A DNA stretch of 64,000 nucleotides from Octopus sinensis (Eukaryota): contig NC_043002.1 of NCBI RefSeq assembly GCF_006345805.1, positions 33,790,001-33,854,000 on the forward strand, read 5' to 3'. Below are positions 13,501 through 24,600 of the stretch, one piece after another. The position numbers and the translations under genes are program-made. Position 1 is the stretch's first letter; each line of letters starts with the position of its first letter. The notes under the pieces were generated by a model. That model was not told where the DNA came from. It did no database searches and was given only the letters and a program-made list of their open reading frames with translations.

Positions 13501-16500
13501 GTAGAAACCAAGCCAAAACATACTATGGAACTTGGTGTGGTGCCTGGCCTTGCCAGCTCCTGTTAAACAGTCCAACCCATGCCAGCATGGAAAACAGACA
13601 GACAATGATGATGATGACGACATGATTGAAATTGCAAAGCTATGTGTTAATGCATGATTAATTCAAAACAATGTGACTAAATAAATATTACATTTAACAA
13701 AGTAATTTAAATGCTAAAGGGTTAAACAACTAGGACATTACAGTTCTATAGTTAAGAGATGAGGAATTATGTACATTATTTACATTTGACGGATATGCCC
13801 ACGGGCATATGGCGTAGTGGTTAAGAGCGTGGGCTACTAACCTCAAGATTCTGAGTTCGATTCCAAGCAGTGACCTGAACAATAATAATAATAATAACAT
13901 CGAAGAATACCTTAGGAATGAGAACCCAGGTTCGAAATTTCCCCAAGACACCTGAAGAAGGCTGGAGGGTATATCAGCCGAAACGTTGTGTTAACAACAA
14001 ACAAGATGAGGACAAATATCCGTCAAATGTAAATAATGAACTATGACATTGGTACAGAACTGAAAACTTTCATTAGCATATGATAGGAAGCTGTGATACA
14101 GTGTGATTAGAGCAAATGAGTCAACTAGAATTAAGTGCTCTACCTGAGCCTGTATCACGATTGAACTTATAACCTCTGACTCATGGCGAAAGGTTACAAA
14201 TGGATTAGAACTACTCTTGTAGTTTTAATCCACTTGAATATTTTAATTATTTCAAAACAACTTTAGTCAATTTTACTTAAATTAATGATGACATTATATT
14301 TTGAAATATCAGGTCAGCTATTTTGGGATAGTTTATAGTTAGTATACCCAAAGTATACTTAACTATAATGTTAACATGTATTTTTCTGAACTTGGAGATA
14401 AAGTCTACAGCAGAAAATAGAAACGCGTTTAACCCATTAACTGCCAAATTTCTTTTATTCATATTTTTTGGCTTTACCAGGTGTCTTAGAAGTTGAAATA
14501 ATATATAGTATGTAAATTTTATTCATATGTGAATTATTTTGGAAATTACGATAAATTTTTTGAAAAGTCCTAAATAGGGATCACTGAAAAAAAAGCATAA
14601 TTATCCTTATCTATTCAATTGCAATAATAAACATGTTAGTTTTTTTGAAACTAGAGAATCAAATACAAATGTATATGAAATATCAATGGATGATATAGAT
14701 GGGAAATGCAAAAAAAAAAAGTTTTCAAAACAGTCGATATTTTTGTAGTTCAAAAATTTTGATTTGTGACATAAAATGTCCTCTAGAATTAGCCAGAGCT
14801 AATAATGACGAACTTTAACTACTAAATATTGTTAAACACACTTCTGCAAATGCAATGTATATAAACAATTTACTTTAAATACAACAAACAACTGGCAGTG
14901 AGACTGTTTATAGCAGATCTCCAAATGTGGCTCATGGCAGGCAATGGGTTAAGAGATATAAAAAGATTAAGATCATTCTTAGGTAGAATTATATATATGA
15001 GGTGGTATCAAAAAATTCCTGTCCATGACAAAATCACAGACTACAGCATACATGTAACAACAAAAACACAAATTTCACAATTTGCGAAGTAAACACAGCA
15101 ATGTCACTCAGCACACTGCCTCACGAAGGTCATTGTTATCTCTCACTGCACACGCAACCGTGTGCTACCTGGCCAGCTCCTGTCAAACTGTCCAACCCAT
15201 GCCAGCATGGAAGGCAGATTTTAAAGGATAATGATTATATATCTGTTATATAAAATCCATTCCGTCTGTCTGTGTGTCTTCTAGGATCTTGGGCATCTTC
15301 CATCCGATTGTGCTCAAAATTGATAAGTAGATACCAACGGTATTAGGGCATGTATAAGTTTTGAAAAAATTACAAAAATCGATTCCAGGTGAGAATGCGA
15401 TCGATAAAGCCGTTTTTGTCCTGCTTTTCTTACGTCAACCTGTACGTAACTGCACCTTCCATTTTGTGTTGCTTTTGTACTGCTTAAAGGCACGTTTCTT
15501 TCTTGCCAAGCTTACTGTTTAACCCTTTAGTGTTTAAACCGGCCATATCTGGCCCAGATATTCTACATGTTTTACATTCAAACGGGCGATATCTAGCCTC
15601 TCACACCTAACCTACATTGACATTCTAAAAACAAACAATCACATCATTGAAACCTCAAAGCTATAAGATAATGTATGATTAATTCAAAACAATTTGAGTG
15701 AAAAATTATTACATTTAACAGAGTAATCTGAACACTAAAGGGTTAAACCATGTTTGTGTTCTCCCAGTCAACAACCTTATCATTACTGGTACATTAAACT
15801 CTTCGGTTGCATATTTGTGTGAATAAAATCGTTTTTCATTGGAATAGAAAAAAGTCTATCTTTATTTCTTCTTTTGCTGGTGTCTCAAATTCAGGTTAAA
15901 TCAGTGTTTCTCAAAGGAGAGGCCTTTGGGATGGTCGGACAAGTTGTCTTTGGTTTAAATGTTTGACAACTCAGCACTGTCCATTGGACGGGTGGGGGGC
16001 GTTTTGCTCGTAAATATATATATATATATTTATACACACACATCATCATCATTTAATGTCCACTGTCCATGCACATATATATAAACACACACACACACGT
16101 ATATACATACATATACATATATAATAATAATCTTTTATTCAAAGTTCGACCACTTCCTGTGAGATTTGCTCTTTCTGTATACAAGCATGTAAGTGGCCTT
16201 TGAGTTCTGAGAGCTGCTTGAATTCTGCATTACAAAGAAATATGCCTCACCTCAAGTAGCATGATGTTTGTCTGGTCTGATTCATAGCTATTTTTAGACC
16301 AGTGTGGGACTTACATGTCTTACAACAAATATTGTAATATGAGCTTGTCTGCTAGCATGAACTATGTGTGTATATGTACATATACATACAGCAGTCTTCC
16401 ACCTTATCAGTTCCTGTAGGACTGTCCAACCCATGTCTTCGTCTGGCAAGTTACTTGCCAACCCTAATGGTACAGTACACTCTGTAAAGTGGTTGGTGTT

Positions 16501-17499
16501 AGAAAAGTCATCCAGCAACAGAAATCATACCAAAGCAGATAATAGAGTCTGGAGTAGTTCTCGGGCTTTCCATCTTCTGTGAAACCACCCAACCGCTGCC
16601 AGCATGGAAAACAGATGTTAATTAAAGATGATGGTGATAATATACACAAGGAAACTTTAGTTGTGGCTGATGGCAGCGCTACCTGACTGGCTCTCGTACT
16701 GGTAGTATGCAATAAGCACCATTCATGCATTGGTTGTTGCCAGTGCAGCCTAATTGGATCCCCATGTCAGTGGGATGTAAAAAGCACCATCCGAATGTGG
16801 CTGATGCCAGCCTCCACCCCACTTGCCCGACTGGTTCCTGTGCCGGTAGCACGTAAAAAGCAGCCACTGCACTCTCTGAGTGGTTGGCATTAGGAAGGGC
16901 ATCCAGCTGTAGAAACACTGCCAGATCAGATTGGAGCCTGCTGCTGCCTCCTGGCTTGCTAGTCCCCAGTCAAACCATCCAACCCATGCCAGCATAGAAA
17001 AGGGACATTAAACACTGATGATGATACACACACACACATATATATATATACACGTACATATATATAAATACAAATACATACAAACATGTACATATATAAT
17101 CATGATTCAATGTCCACATTCCATGCTAGCATGTGTTGAATGGTTTGATAGGATCCAATGGATCCAATGACTGCATTGTGCTCCACTGTCTACTTTGGCA
17201 TAGTTTCTACAGCATCCTAATGCCTACCACTTTACAGCAGGTGAATTTTTCATGCGATCAATACTAAATCTCTCTCTCTCATATATATATATATACTTTT
17301 TTAAGAAAGTATATCCGTTTGTCAGACAGCTGCGATTGAGACATGATCACAATTGTCCGATGAATGGGAACATGAGACTCCAAGCCACAGTTTTGTGAGG
17401 TTTTAGTAGCTTTAATAAAAAAGCCTATTACTCTACCTTCAGTAATTTGAGTACTATTTTGCCCACCTTGTTTTGTATTTATGTGCTTACTTGTGTGTG

Positions 17500-17544
<45 letters not shown>

Positions 17545-18132
17545 AACTGAAGCCTGGTGCAGCCATCTGGTTCGCCAGTCCTCAGTCAAATCATCGAACC
17601 CATGCTAGCATTGAAAGTGGACGTTAAACAATGATGATGATGATGACAATATATATATATATATATATACCATGTATACACACACACACATACAAACTCA
17701 TATGGATTAGAACATCTATTATTTCATACATCCTTCAGATTAGCAGCCACGAGCGAAAACAGATGTGTTCTAAAATCAATGTTAGATTAGTCTTCAAAAT
17801 AATTTACTATGTGTATAAGTTGCATCCATAATTTAGTGTGAAATCTCGGTACAAAAATTTCCTCTTTCACAGTTTTAGCTTTGCCCCATAAGTTACATCC
17901 CAGATTTTTCAGTTAAAATCAAGTATAAAAAAAAAAGCAGCTTATACACGAGTAAATATAGTAATTATGGATATAAAATTAATCAACAGATTACAAAGGG
18001 ATCTGACAAGTTTTCTTTTTGTCTTCAATAGAAAACTGAAGAGAAAGAACTAATTAAAAAGAAAAACAAAAAACAACAATAGTTACCGTGGTCTTGATTA
18101 AACCTCAAATTATTGATAACTGGTTTAGACAT
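1..18132 (-). CDS. WDR45: WD repeat domain phosphoinositide-interacting protein 4 (WIPI4), spliced gene, 3'-partial. Coding exons 18132-18087, 12489-12415, 10802-10698, 9327-9231, 7468-7374, 6295-6222, 3605-3483, 2004-1919, 49-<1
   Basis: Hand-spliced with GT-AG boundaries and consistent phases: [250 protein letters not shown]. Colinear with human WDR45 (LRFNQD, VGGG, PGHKCGS, LRRG phosphoinositide-binding motif, ATLYC). Confidence 0.95.
480..830 (-). mobile_element. 3' end of an RLE-type (R4/Dong/NeSL-like) non-LTR retrotransposon
   Basis: Translation NRPDIMIWDREEKMCTVVEISCP...EKENTYTEL...IPVTIVALG is a PD-(D/E)xK restriction-like endonuclease C-terminus. Confidence 0.8.
1107..1337 (+). mobile_element. 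tRNA-derived SINE (family A: ggcggcgagctggcagaa...gttcaaattccgccgaggttgactttgcc...aagtaccagt)
   Basis: Box A/B-like motifs; flanked by duplicated ggtatccaat. Related copies near 4400-4580(-), 11570-11730, 18830-18990(-), 20810-21000(-), 42010-42200(-), 52170-52290(-), 54640-54850. Confidence 0.8.
1531..1790 (+). mobile_element. tRNA-derived SINE (family B)
   Basis: Head tggcctattggttagag...ggtttcaattcc; related copies at ~9830-10050(-) and ~30935-31225. Confidence 0.7.
1919..2004 (-). CDS. WDR45: WIPI4 coding exon 8 ([29 protein letters not shown])
   Basis: 86 nt, ttttcag| ... TG|GTATGT; contains the PROPPIN L/FRRG motif. Confidence 0.95.
3483..3605 (-). CDS. WDR45: WIPI4 coding exon 7 ([41 protein letters not shown])
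   Basis: 123 nt, ctttag| ... AAG|GTAAAT; AHQ...LNQ.G...A.AS.K WD repeat. Confidence 0.94.
4885..6180 (-). mobile_element. Mariner (DD34D) DNA transposon, full length, 1296 bp
   Basis: TA duplication at 4883-84 and 6181-82; 36-bp TIRs cgaggggcgtt(c/g)aataagtaatgcc(c/t)ctgacccact with 2 mismatches; transposase with HTH N-terminus, QDN..(34)..D and YSPDLAPSDF. Confidence 0.95.
4958..6013 (-). pseudogene. Mariner transposase pseudogene
   Basis: ORFs 6013-5720 and 5659-4958 are in the same frame. A +1 indel near 5724 and a -1 indel near 5651 shift the intervening VKISTGSVETIIHDHLHMQKVSARWIP; DETW reads DVTW. Confidence 0.9.
6222..6295 (-). CDS. WDR45: WIPI4 coding exon 6 ([25 protein letters not shown])
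   Basis: 74 nt, tgtgcag| ... GTG|[14 protein letters not shown] motif. Confidence 0.93.
7374..7468 (-). CDS. WDR45: WIPI4 coding exon 5 ([32 protein letters not shown])
   Basis: 95 nt, ttttccag| ... G|GTAACA; SFP.N and TRDN.KG motifs. Confidence 0.93.
9231..9327 (-). CDS. WDR45: WIPI4 coding exon 4 ([33 protein letters not shown])
   Basis: 97 nt, cttcag| ... AA|GTGAGG; phases fit both neighbours. Confidence 0.9.
10385..10650 (+). mobile_element. CR1/L2-type LINE 3' end with (ATT)n tail
   Basis: TRGHAYKV...RKHFFTLRVAEAWNKLPASVV...FK, the typical CR1 ORF2 C-terminus, then 3' UTR and (ATT)n. Confidence 0.85.
10698..10802 (-). CDS. WDR45: WIPI4 coding exon 3 ([35 protein letters not shown])
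   Basis: 105 nt, AG/GT bounded; EML.R.N...VGGG..PKF motif. Confidence 0.93.
12415..12489 (-). CDS. WDR45: WIPI4 coding exon 2 ([26 protein letters not shown])
   Basis: 75 nt, tttcag| ... G|GTAAGT; matches SCFCCAMETGVRIYNVEPL. Confidence 0.93.
13741..14038 (+). mobile_element. Penelope-like non-autonomous cassette: tRNA-like head + (AAT)n + hammerhead ribozyme, inside an inverted repeat
   Basis: Perfect 23-bp inverted repeat 13774-13796/14016-14038; box A TGGCGTAGTGG 13810-20; box B GTTCGATTC 13855-63; PLE-type CCTGAAGAAG...CCGAAACG. Confidence 0.7.
13947..13992 (+). ncRNA. Minimal type I hammerhead ribozyme
   Basis: Stem I GACAC/GUGUU; core CUGAAGA (13952-58) + extra A; stem II GGCUG/CAGCC with 10-nt loop; GAAA (13980-83); palindromic AACGUU stem III; predicted cleavage after GUU at 13987. 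Confidence 0.7.
15242..16010 (+). mobile_element. Probable non-autonomous Helitron
   Basis: A|TCTGTTATATAAAATCC...gtctgtctgt 5' end; 3' hairpin CTGTCC-ATT-GGACGG (15978-92) then CTCG|T (degenerate CTAG). Confidence 0.45.
15523..15742. mobile_element. piggyBac-type MITE (220 bp)
   Basis: TTAA|CCCTTTAGTGTT ... AACACTAAAGGG|TTAA. Related copies at 13396-13721 (interrupted), 42231-42427, ~12150-12330, ~20330-20515, ~42730-42890. Confidence 0.85.
18087..18132 (-). CDS. WDR45: WIPI4 coding exon 1 ([16 protein letters not shown])
   Basis: ATG at 18132, 4 nt after an AG acceptor (NAGNAG aaacag/cag); donor G|GTAACT; phase 1. Confidence 0.92.
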
Positions 18133-18339
18133 CCTGCTGTTTTAAAATTGAATGATGAATTCTGAAAGGAAAATGATAATGAGATAATTTTAATTAAACA
18201 TCAAAGACACTCACACAAACAAACAAACTGAAAACATGCTGGATGGAAATGGATTAACTTGGAGGTGGAGGGTATCCTTTCTAAATTTGGGAAGAAGTTG
18301 CAAGATTAGTTCTGAGAATCTGAGACAATAGAGCAGAAA

Positions 18340-18680
18340 GATTATATAATATATAATAATGAAATTATTGTATACAGTGCTCAGGTGCACCTCAACTTGT
18401 CAGAAAGTGCGTATAGAGTGTATCCAGTAATGTACAAATGTCTGGAAAGCAAACAATGTATGAATCAGATACATGCTTGTGTGTGTATGGAGGGGAGAAA
18501 ATCAGGTGTAGTGTTAGTGAAGTTTTGAAGGATGCAGTGCTCCGACAACCAACAACTGATACCGGCAGCCTGTTCCATGCTTTAGCAACTCTCAGCGTGA
18601 AAAAGTGTTTCCGAAAGTCATGGGAGCTGTGCTGTTTTCTGACTTTGTAAATATGTTCAAAGACAGATGTGTTATACAAT
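18340..18680 (-). mobile_element. CR1/L2-type LINE 3' end (second copy)
   Basis: YKVRKQHSSHDFRKHFFTLRVAKAWNRLPVSVV; shares the 3' UTR gtgcacctgagcactgtataca with the 10.4-kb copy. Confidence 0.85.
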
Positions 18681-21600
18681 CCTTACTAACATAGTGATGA
18701 TGCTCTATATTCAATGAGCCCTACAAGTTGTTAAGTGGCAGATATCACGATACATTAAAGTGAAGTTAAAATGATGTCATTTGGAATTTATTTTTCACAG
18801 TTTAACATCTACATAATCCTTTCTACTATAGGCACAAGGCCTGAAATTCAGGGGTGGGAGATAGTTGATTACATCAACCCCAGTACACAACTGGTACTTA
18901 ATTTATGGACCCTGAAAAGATGAAAGGCAGAATTTGAATTCAGAACGTAGCGATGGCAAAATACTGCTATGCATTTTACCCGCTCGCTGCCTTTTTAACA
19001 TCTACATAATGACATACATAGCACAGTTTGTTGTTGGGGCATTTGCCATGATACTTCGACGTCTTCATTTCCATCAACCATAAAAATGTAAAGCAGACTA
19101 GAGCCTCTTTTCTGCTAGTCAAGAAACAAAAGTAAGTAGAGCTGTGAAGTACCTTGTTCTGAACCACAAAACTCTGATTTCAATTTTGAATTATTCAATG
19201 TATTTGTTTTTTTTTTTATTAACTCTTTGCCTGTCCAAAGCATTTTTGTAAGCTTATCCTAAACATCCATCCTTGTTTTCAGACTTTTAACTAACTCTTG
19301 TTTCATACATTCTGAGCAATATAAAGCTTTCCTTTCATAAGTCCCAAATGATTGAAAAAAAAAATGGGAATGTGAATCATATATGATGCAGGGATGCTGA
19401 GAAAGTATGTTCTGTGTTATCAGCTGTGATACACAGGCAAAGGGTTAGTAAGGTAGGGAGTAGTTTCAAAGTGATTTGTCTGCTAATTCTAGCAAATCAA
19501 GCAACTCTATAGAGCCTCTTTTACTGGCTCTTATAATTTCCTAGATACAGCTACAGCATCATTACTCTAGTCTTTATCTCACTAACTGAGAAACCTGTCA
19601 CCAAAACAACAGTATTCATATCAAATCCATACTGTAGCACTGCAGCTCAGTGCATGTTGGGATGTGAACTATGGTTGTCTGTTAGGTGGAGATATGTGTA
19701 ACTGGAATAGATTTATTGACTACACTTACTCAGCCAACTACTTGCATGCCAGGGGGCTACTTGAGCAAAGCAGATTGAGTTTATACAATAACAATATTTC
19801 TTCTACGAGCAAAGCCAGAAAACATCAAATATAACCAGCTGTAACAATCAACAAAACAAAGCAACACAGACATATAACATACACAGAAGACAAAATTATT
19901 TGAAGTTAGATGTAATGCATCCATAAACTACACAGAAAACAGAAAAAGAAACAAAAACAAAATTCCTAGAACAATCACAGATTCCATCAATATTTGACTA
20001 ACAGAAGGAAACAACAACAATGGTGTACAAATCATATCATAGCCATCACTGAGTATGAGTTGATAGCATGTACCATATTTTCACTAGTTTTAGCAGCCTG
20101 TGTACTGTGAGAAGATATAGGCATCCTCTCAGCACTCACATTCACTTGGTGGAATGTCAAGGATATCATAGCTGAAGAGAGAGAAACCTGCACCAGCACC
20201 TGGTTGGTACTCAATTTCAGCTGATTAGATCAGAGCAACATGAAATAAGAGCCTTGTTCAAGGGCACATCACACTGCTGCTCCAGGAATCAAACCCAAGA
20301 CCACATGATCATGAGCCCAATACCCTTTACATTCAGATTATCAAATGTAATGCTTACATAATTACATTATTGCGAATTACTCATGCATTGTCTTGTAGCT
20401 TTGAGATTTCAATGATGGCACTCTTTACTTTAGGAATGGCATTGTAGGCTAGTTCGAACATAATACAGGAAGAATATTTGGGCCGGATATGGCTGGTTTA
20501 AACGGTAAAGTATTAGCCACCAGGCCATGTAGGTACTCCTATACCACTGTTCCACACTAATGTCAGATGAATTTAGTCACTGTGAGAGAGAGAGAGAGAG
20601 AGGGAGAGAGAGAGTGTGTGTGTGTGTGTTTGTTTGTATCTGATACTGACAACCAAATCTGTAAATAATGGTCAGTTCTGTCCAGAACAGAGATAGTAGA
20701 AGATATAGGGATGCTGTAAATGATGACAGTCTGTAAACACTGAAAACTTCACATGGCCAGACTGCACCCTCGCTATCTCACCTTTCAATAAGCATGGTTT
20801 TAAATTTTGGTGCAGGAGCAGTAGTTTTTGAGGGGAGGGGTTTAGTTGAATAGATCAGTCATAGCATTTGATTGGTACTTTATCTTATTGATCATGAAAG
20901 TATGAAAGGCAAAGCTGACCTCAGCAGAATTTGAACTCGGTATGAAAAGACAGATAAGATGCTGCTAGGCACTAATGGCTCTACCAGTTCACTGCTTTCA
21001 CCTTTTAATAATAATGACACCATAATATCACTAACATCAACATCATTATTAGTTATGCCAAACTAACAAGGAGCATTTATATAATATCTCAGTCTTCTAG
21101 AAATAGCAGTTATCTTTAATAAGGGCATTTTGGATAATAAAATTGGTGTACTCTATTTACGATAAAAGATTGGGTGGTCATGGCTGGAATAGCTTTGATC
21201 AAAGGAAGATAAGTTTGATCAGAGCCAGTGGCAGATCGTGTATAGGTAATGCAGAACTGCAGCACCTTTATTTTCACTCAATATTATTGACAACATTCAA
21301 TATAACGAGTCCTTTTTTCTTTAATTCTTTCTTTATACTTGTACATTATATAACCCTTAAGCTTAATGTCAGTAGCCATTCCCTAGTTTATGAAAAAAAT
21401 ACAAAAATCCTTGAATAGAACTGTGCACTTCACAGTTCTAGCAACGCAGTGTTTGGCTGTTGTGCACATGCTCACATGTCTGAGATAGGAAGCTTCAAGT
21501 TAGGGAGAGAGAGCACTGTGGTTCATGCAGAGCTGGTGAAAGCTAGTGTTTCTTTTTGACTCTGCATCTATTGTGCTTAAAAACTTGAATGTGATAAGGT

Positions 21601-24600
21601 GTAGAATTAGATTATTATCTTGCTTTCAGCTTCAGTGTTGCTGCCAGGATTTGAAAAATAGGGCAGATTTCCCCCTTATTTTGTGATTTAGGGGGGATTT
21701 TTGAAAAATAAGGAGGAATTAGCAGTGGTGTTCACACTACCAGGCAGTGGCTAAAATATGAACCGATCAAGTTTATGTATAAATATTCCTCTTATATGTT
21801 TGTTTCTTTTTAAACAATATTAAGACAACAGTTAAAAATTTTCTGAAGCAGCACCCACAAAATTTTATCTATGAGCCACCACTGATCAGAGCTAACATGA
21901 GGAGAAAACACCAATGACTGGTTACTAGTATATCAACTATTAACAAATTATTTAATAAGCAAGGTTTAGGCTAGTGCTAACTATTGTAAGGCCATATATG
22001 ATGTAATTGTTGTTGGGTTAGCTTGGACAGATCTGGTGAAACTGGAATACACAAACAGCTCCTGCCATAAAATGGAGCTTTAATCTGGTGGCTCAACTTG
22101 CTAGAAATAACAGCCGAATTGCTTTCAAATCATGTCCCACTACCTTAAAAAAAAAAGACCAACTGAATAATATAATCTACATCAATTCTTGAAATAAAGA
22201 TGAGATGGTCACAGTTGTAGTACCTTCTTTTATTGGCTTATTCACTTAGCGCTCAACAGAGTCAAACAACAGCCAGACTCAACAGAAAACCAGAGATGGT
22301 GTATGCCAGCAAATATCAGGTGAATAAAATTCATAAAATGGAATTAGTTTGTACACCAGAAAGAAAGAATTTTAACATCTTGAACAGCAGAGTCCTTGGT
22401 CAAAGCAGAAAATATAAGGAAATTGTGAGGCTCTTGTAATGAATTTATTCTTTTACTTGTTTCAGTCATTGGACTGCAGCCATACTGGAGCACCATCTTG
22501 AAGGGTTTTAATTGAACAAATCGACCTCAGGACTTATTTAAGCATAGTACTTATTTCATCAGTCTCTTTTGCTGAACCACTAAGTTATGGGGATGTAAAC
22601 ACACCAATGCTAGTTGTTAAGCAATGATAGGGGGACAAACACAGACACAAAGTCAAGGGCTTCTTTCAGTTTCATCGACCAAATCCACTCATAAGGGTTT
22701 GCTCAGCTTGAAGCTATAGTAGAAAACACTTGCCCAAGGTGCCACACGGTGGGACTGAACCTGGAACCACATGGTTGGGAAGCAAGCTTAAATCAACAGA
22801 TACCTATTTGAAAAGACAGTGGTAATAAATGGAGTACCATAAGGTTACCTTTTGTTTAAGGTATTCTTTTGTTCTTCATAATATTGCCTGATACAGACAA
22901 AAATATTCAATTGGCCACACTCAGCAGCTACGCAGAGAACACCAAAAGGATGCCTGATATCAATATAAATGCTAATAAAATGATGACAACTATGCACTTC
23001 AAAAATATCCCAAAGACATATACAACTGAGTGAATGCCAAAATCATGTTGTTCAGTGCCATACAATTTCATAGCCTCTGTTATAGGAAGTTATCCCCTAT
23101 GGAATGTTCTGCTTTGTCCCAAGTAAGGAAATAATTTGAAACTTTGAGCATGTTCATAACTTGGGAAATAGCTATGTCTGAAGATATAGGTTTCTTTAAA
23201 CATAGTCACAAACTGTCAATAACTTGAAAGTTTAGTGACAGGGTAGTGAGAACATTCAATGCAAGGGACCAGACAGTGATGTTGATAATGGAAATCCCTA
23301 TCATTCACTATAATTTCCAAGAAACACAATTGGAGAGGCTGAAAAAAGGATTAAAAAAGTAAAAGGTTAGAGGCTGCTTCTTAACTACTAGGAGTGCATT
23401 TACACATCATGTCTCCCATCTTTCGAATCTTGCTGGAAAAATATGCTAAAATTATATACATGGAAGAATTCATAAAAATCTTGATCCAAACTTTGGAATG
23501 CAAGAAAGTTCTGTCAGATCTTATGATTGTCTTCTTTCAAACCCATGCAGGAACCTAGACAATAATAGTTTGGCATTTAAAGGTCATTGATTATACAACT
23601 GTCTCCAAATGAGGATTATATATTTCTATCCAACAAAAGGTTACAACCAAAACAGAGTAGCTTCCACCTCAGTGGTTGGTCCACTGAATAGAGATGTCAC
23701 ATTTACTGAAAAACTTAACAAAAACATTCAACCCTGAATATACACAAAGATCACAAATGACATGGATAATTCGCTGTTATGGAGGTGCTCTAGAAAAGAA
23801 TTAGTTGTGATGTCTAAACTACTCTTGCTTCTAATTTTAGTGTTGATGGTAGGAATGTAGTCATTCCAAACCTTAACAAACAAAATGAAATCTCACTGCG
23901 CATACTTAAAAAGACGTTCCAGTTGTGACCGTCCTGTCTTTGTCTTCCTATTTTTAAAATTTATTTTTTCAAGACATATAGTGTATCTAAGGCTATATCT
24001 ATCTATAGTTGCATATTTCTTCCCGAAAACAAAGATGTATATATGTATTGGCAGCCTCCTGGCTTCCCAGACCCAGGTCGAACCGTCCAACCCATGCTAG
24101 CATGGAAAACGGACGTTAAACGATGATGATAAACTATGTGCCACCAGCCACTTTAGTTTGATAAGTCACCTATACAGTTAAGTGCTTTATAGGTACGAAA
24201 CCAATGGTCACTCTCTGACCAGCCATAACAAACAACCTTCTAAATATAAATGTGTTTGTGTGTGTATGCATACGCTCCGTTGAAGTTGATAAGCCAATTT
24301 TCAGATATTCTTTTTACACACACCAACAATAGTTGTTATTCTAGGATTAAACTATTCTAGTTATTCTAGGATTAAACTATTTGCTTGATGAAGTCTAATA
24401 AGGCCGGAACGTATCCCGATTTGTCATCATATAACTAAATACTACATCCACTCCCCGCATCCAACCCATTTCATTATATTTAATTTTAAATTACACTTCG
24501 AAGTTGTCTCCCTTTACATTTTCCCTCTTTTTAAATAATTTATTTAAAAAATCATTGTTTTCATTAACGATACAATCCTAAAGGTTAAAAACTAATTGTG

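Noticed and set aside
13803-13873. Bona fide tRNA gene
   Set aside because: Boxes A and B are present, but the acceptor and anticodon stems pair poorly and it is fused to repeat sequence; treated as a SINE-like head.
16150-16235. Minus-strand peptide containing ELKGHL, resembling WDR45 EKGHL
   Set aside because: The true exon was found at 12415-12489; the rest of this peptide does not align.
19010-19110. Acceptor-preceded open frame (QKRGSSLLYIFMVDG...) in the WDR45 leader intron
   Set aside because: No clear donor or homology; cannot be supported as an exon.
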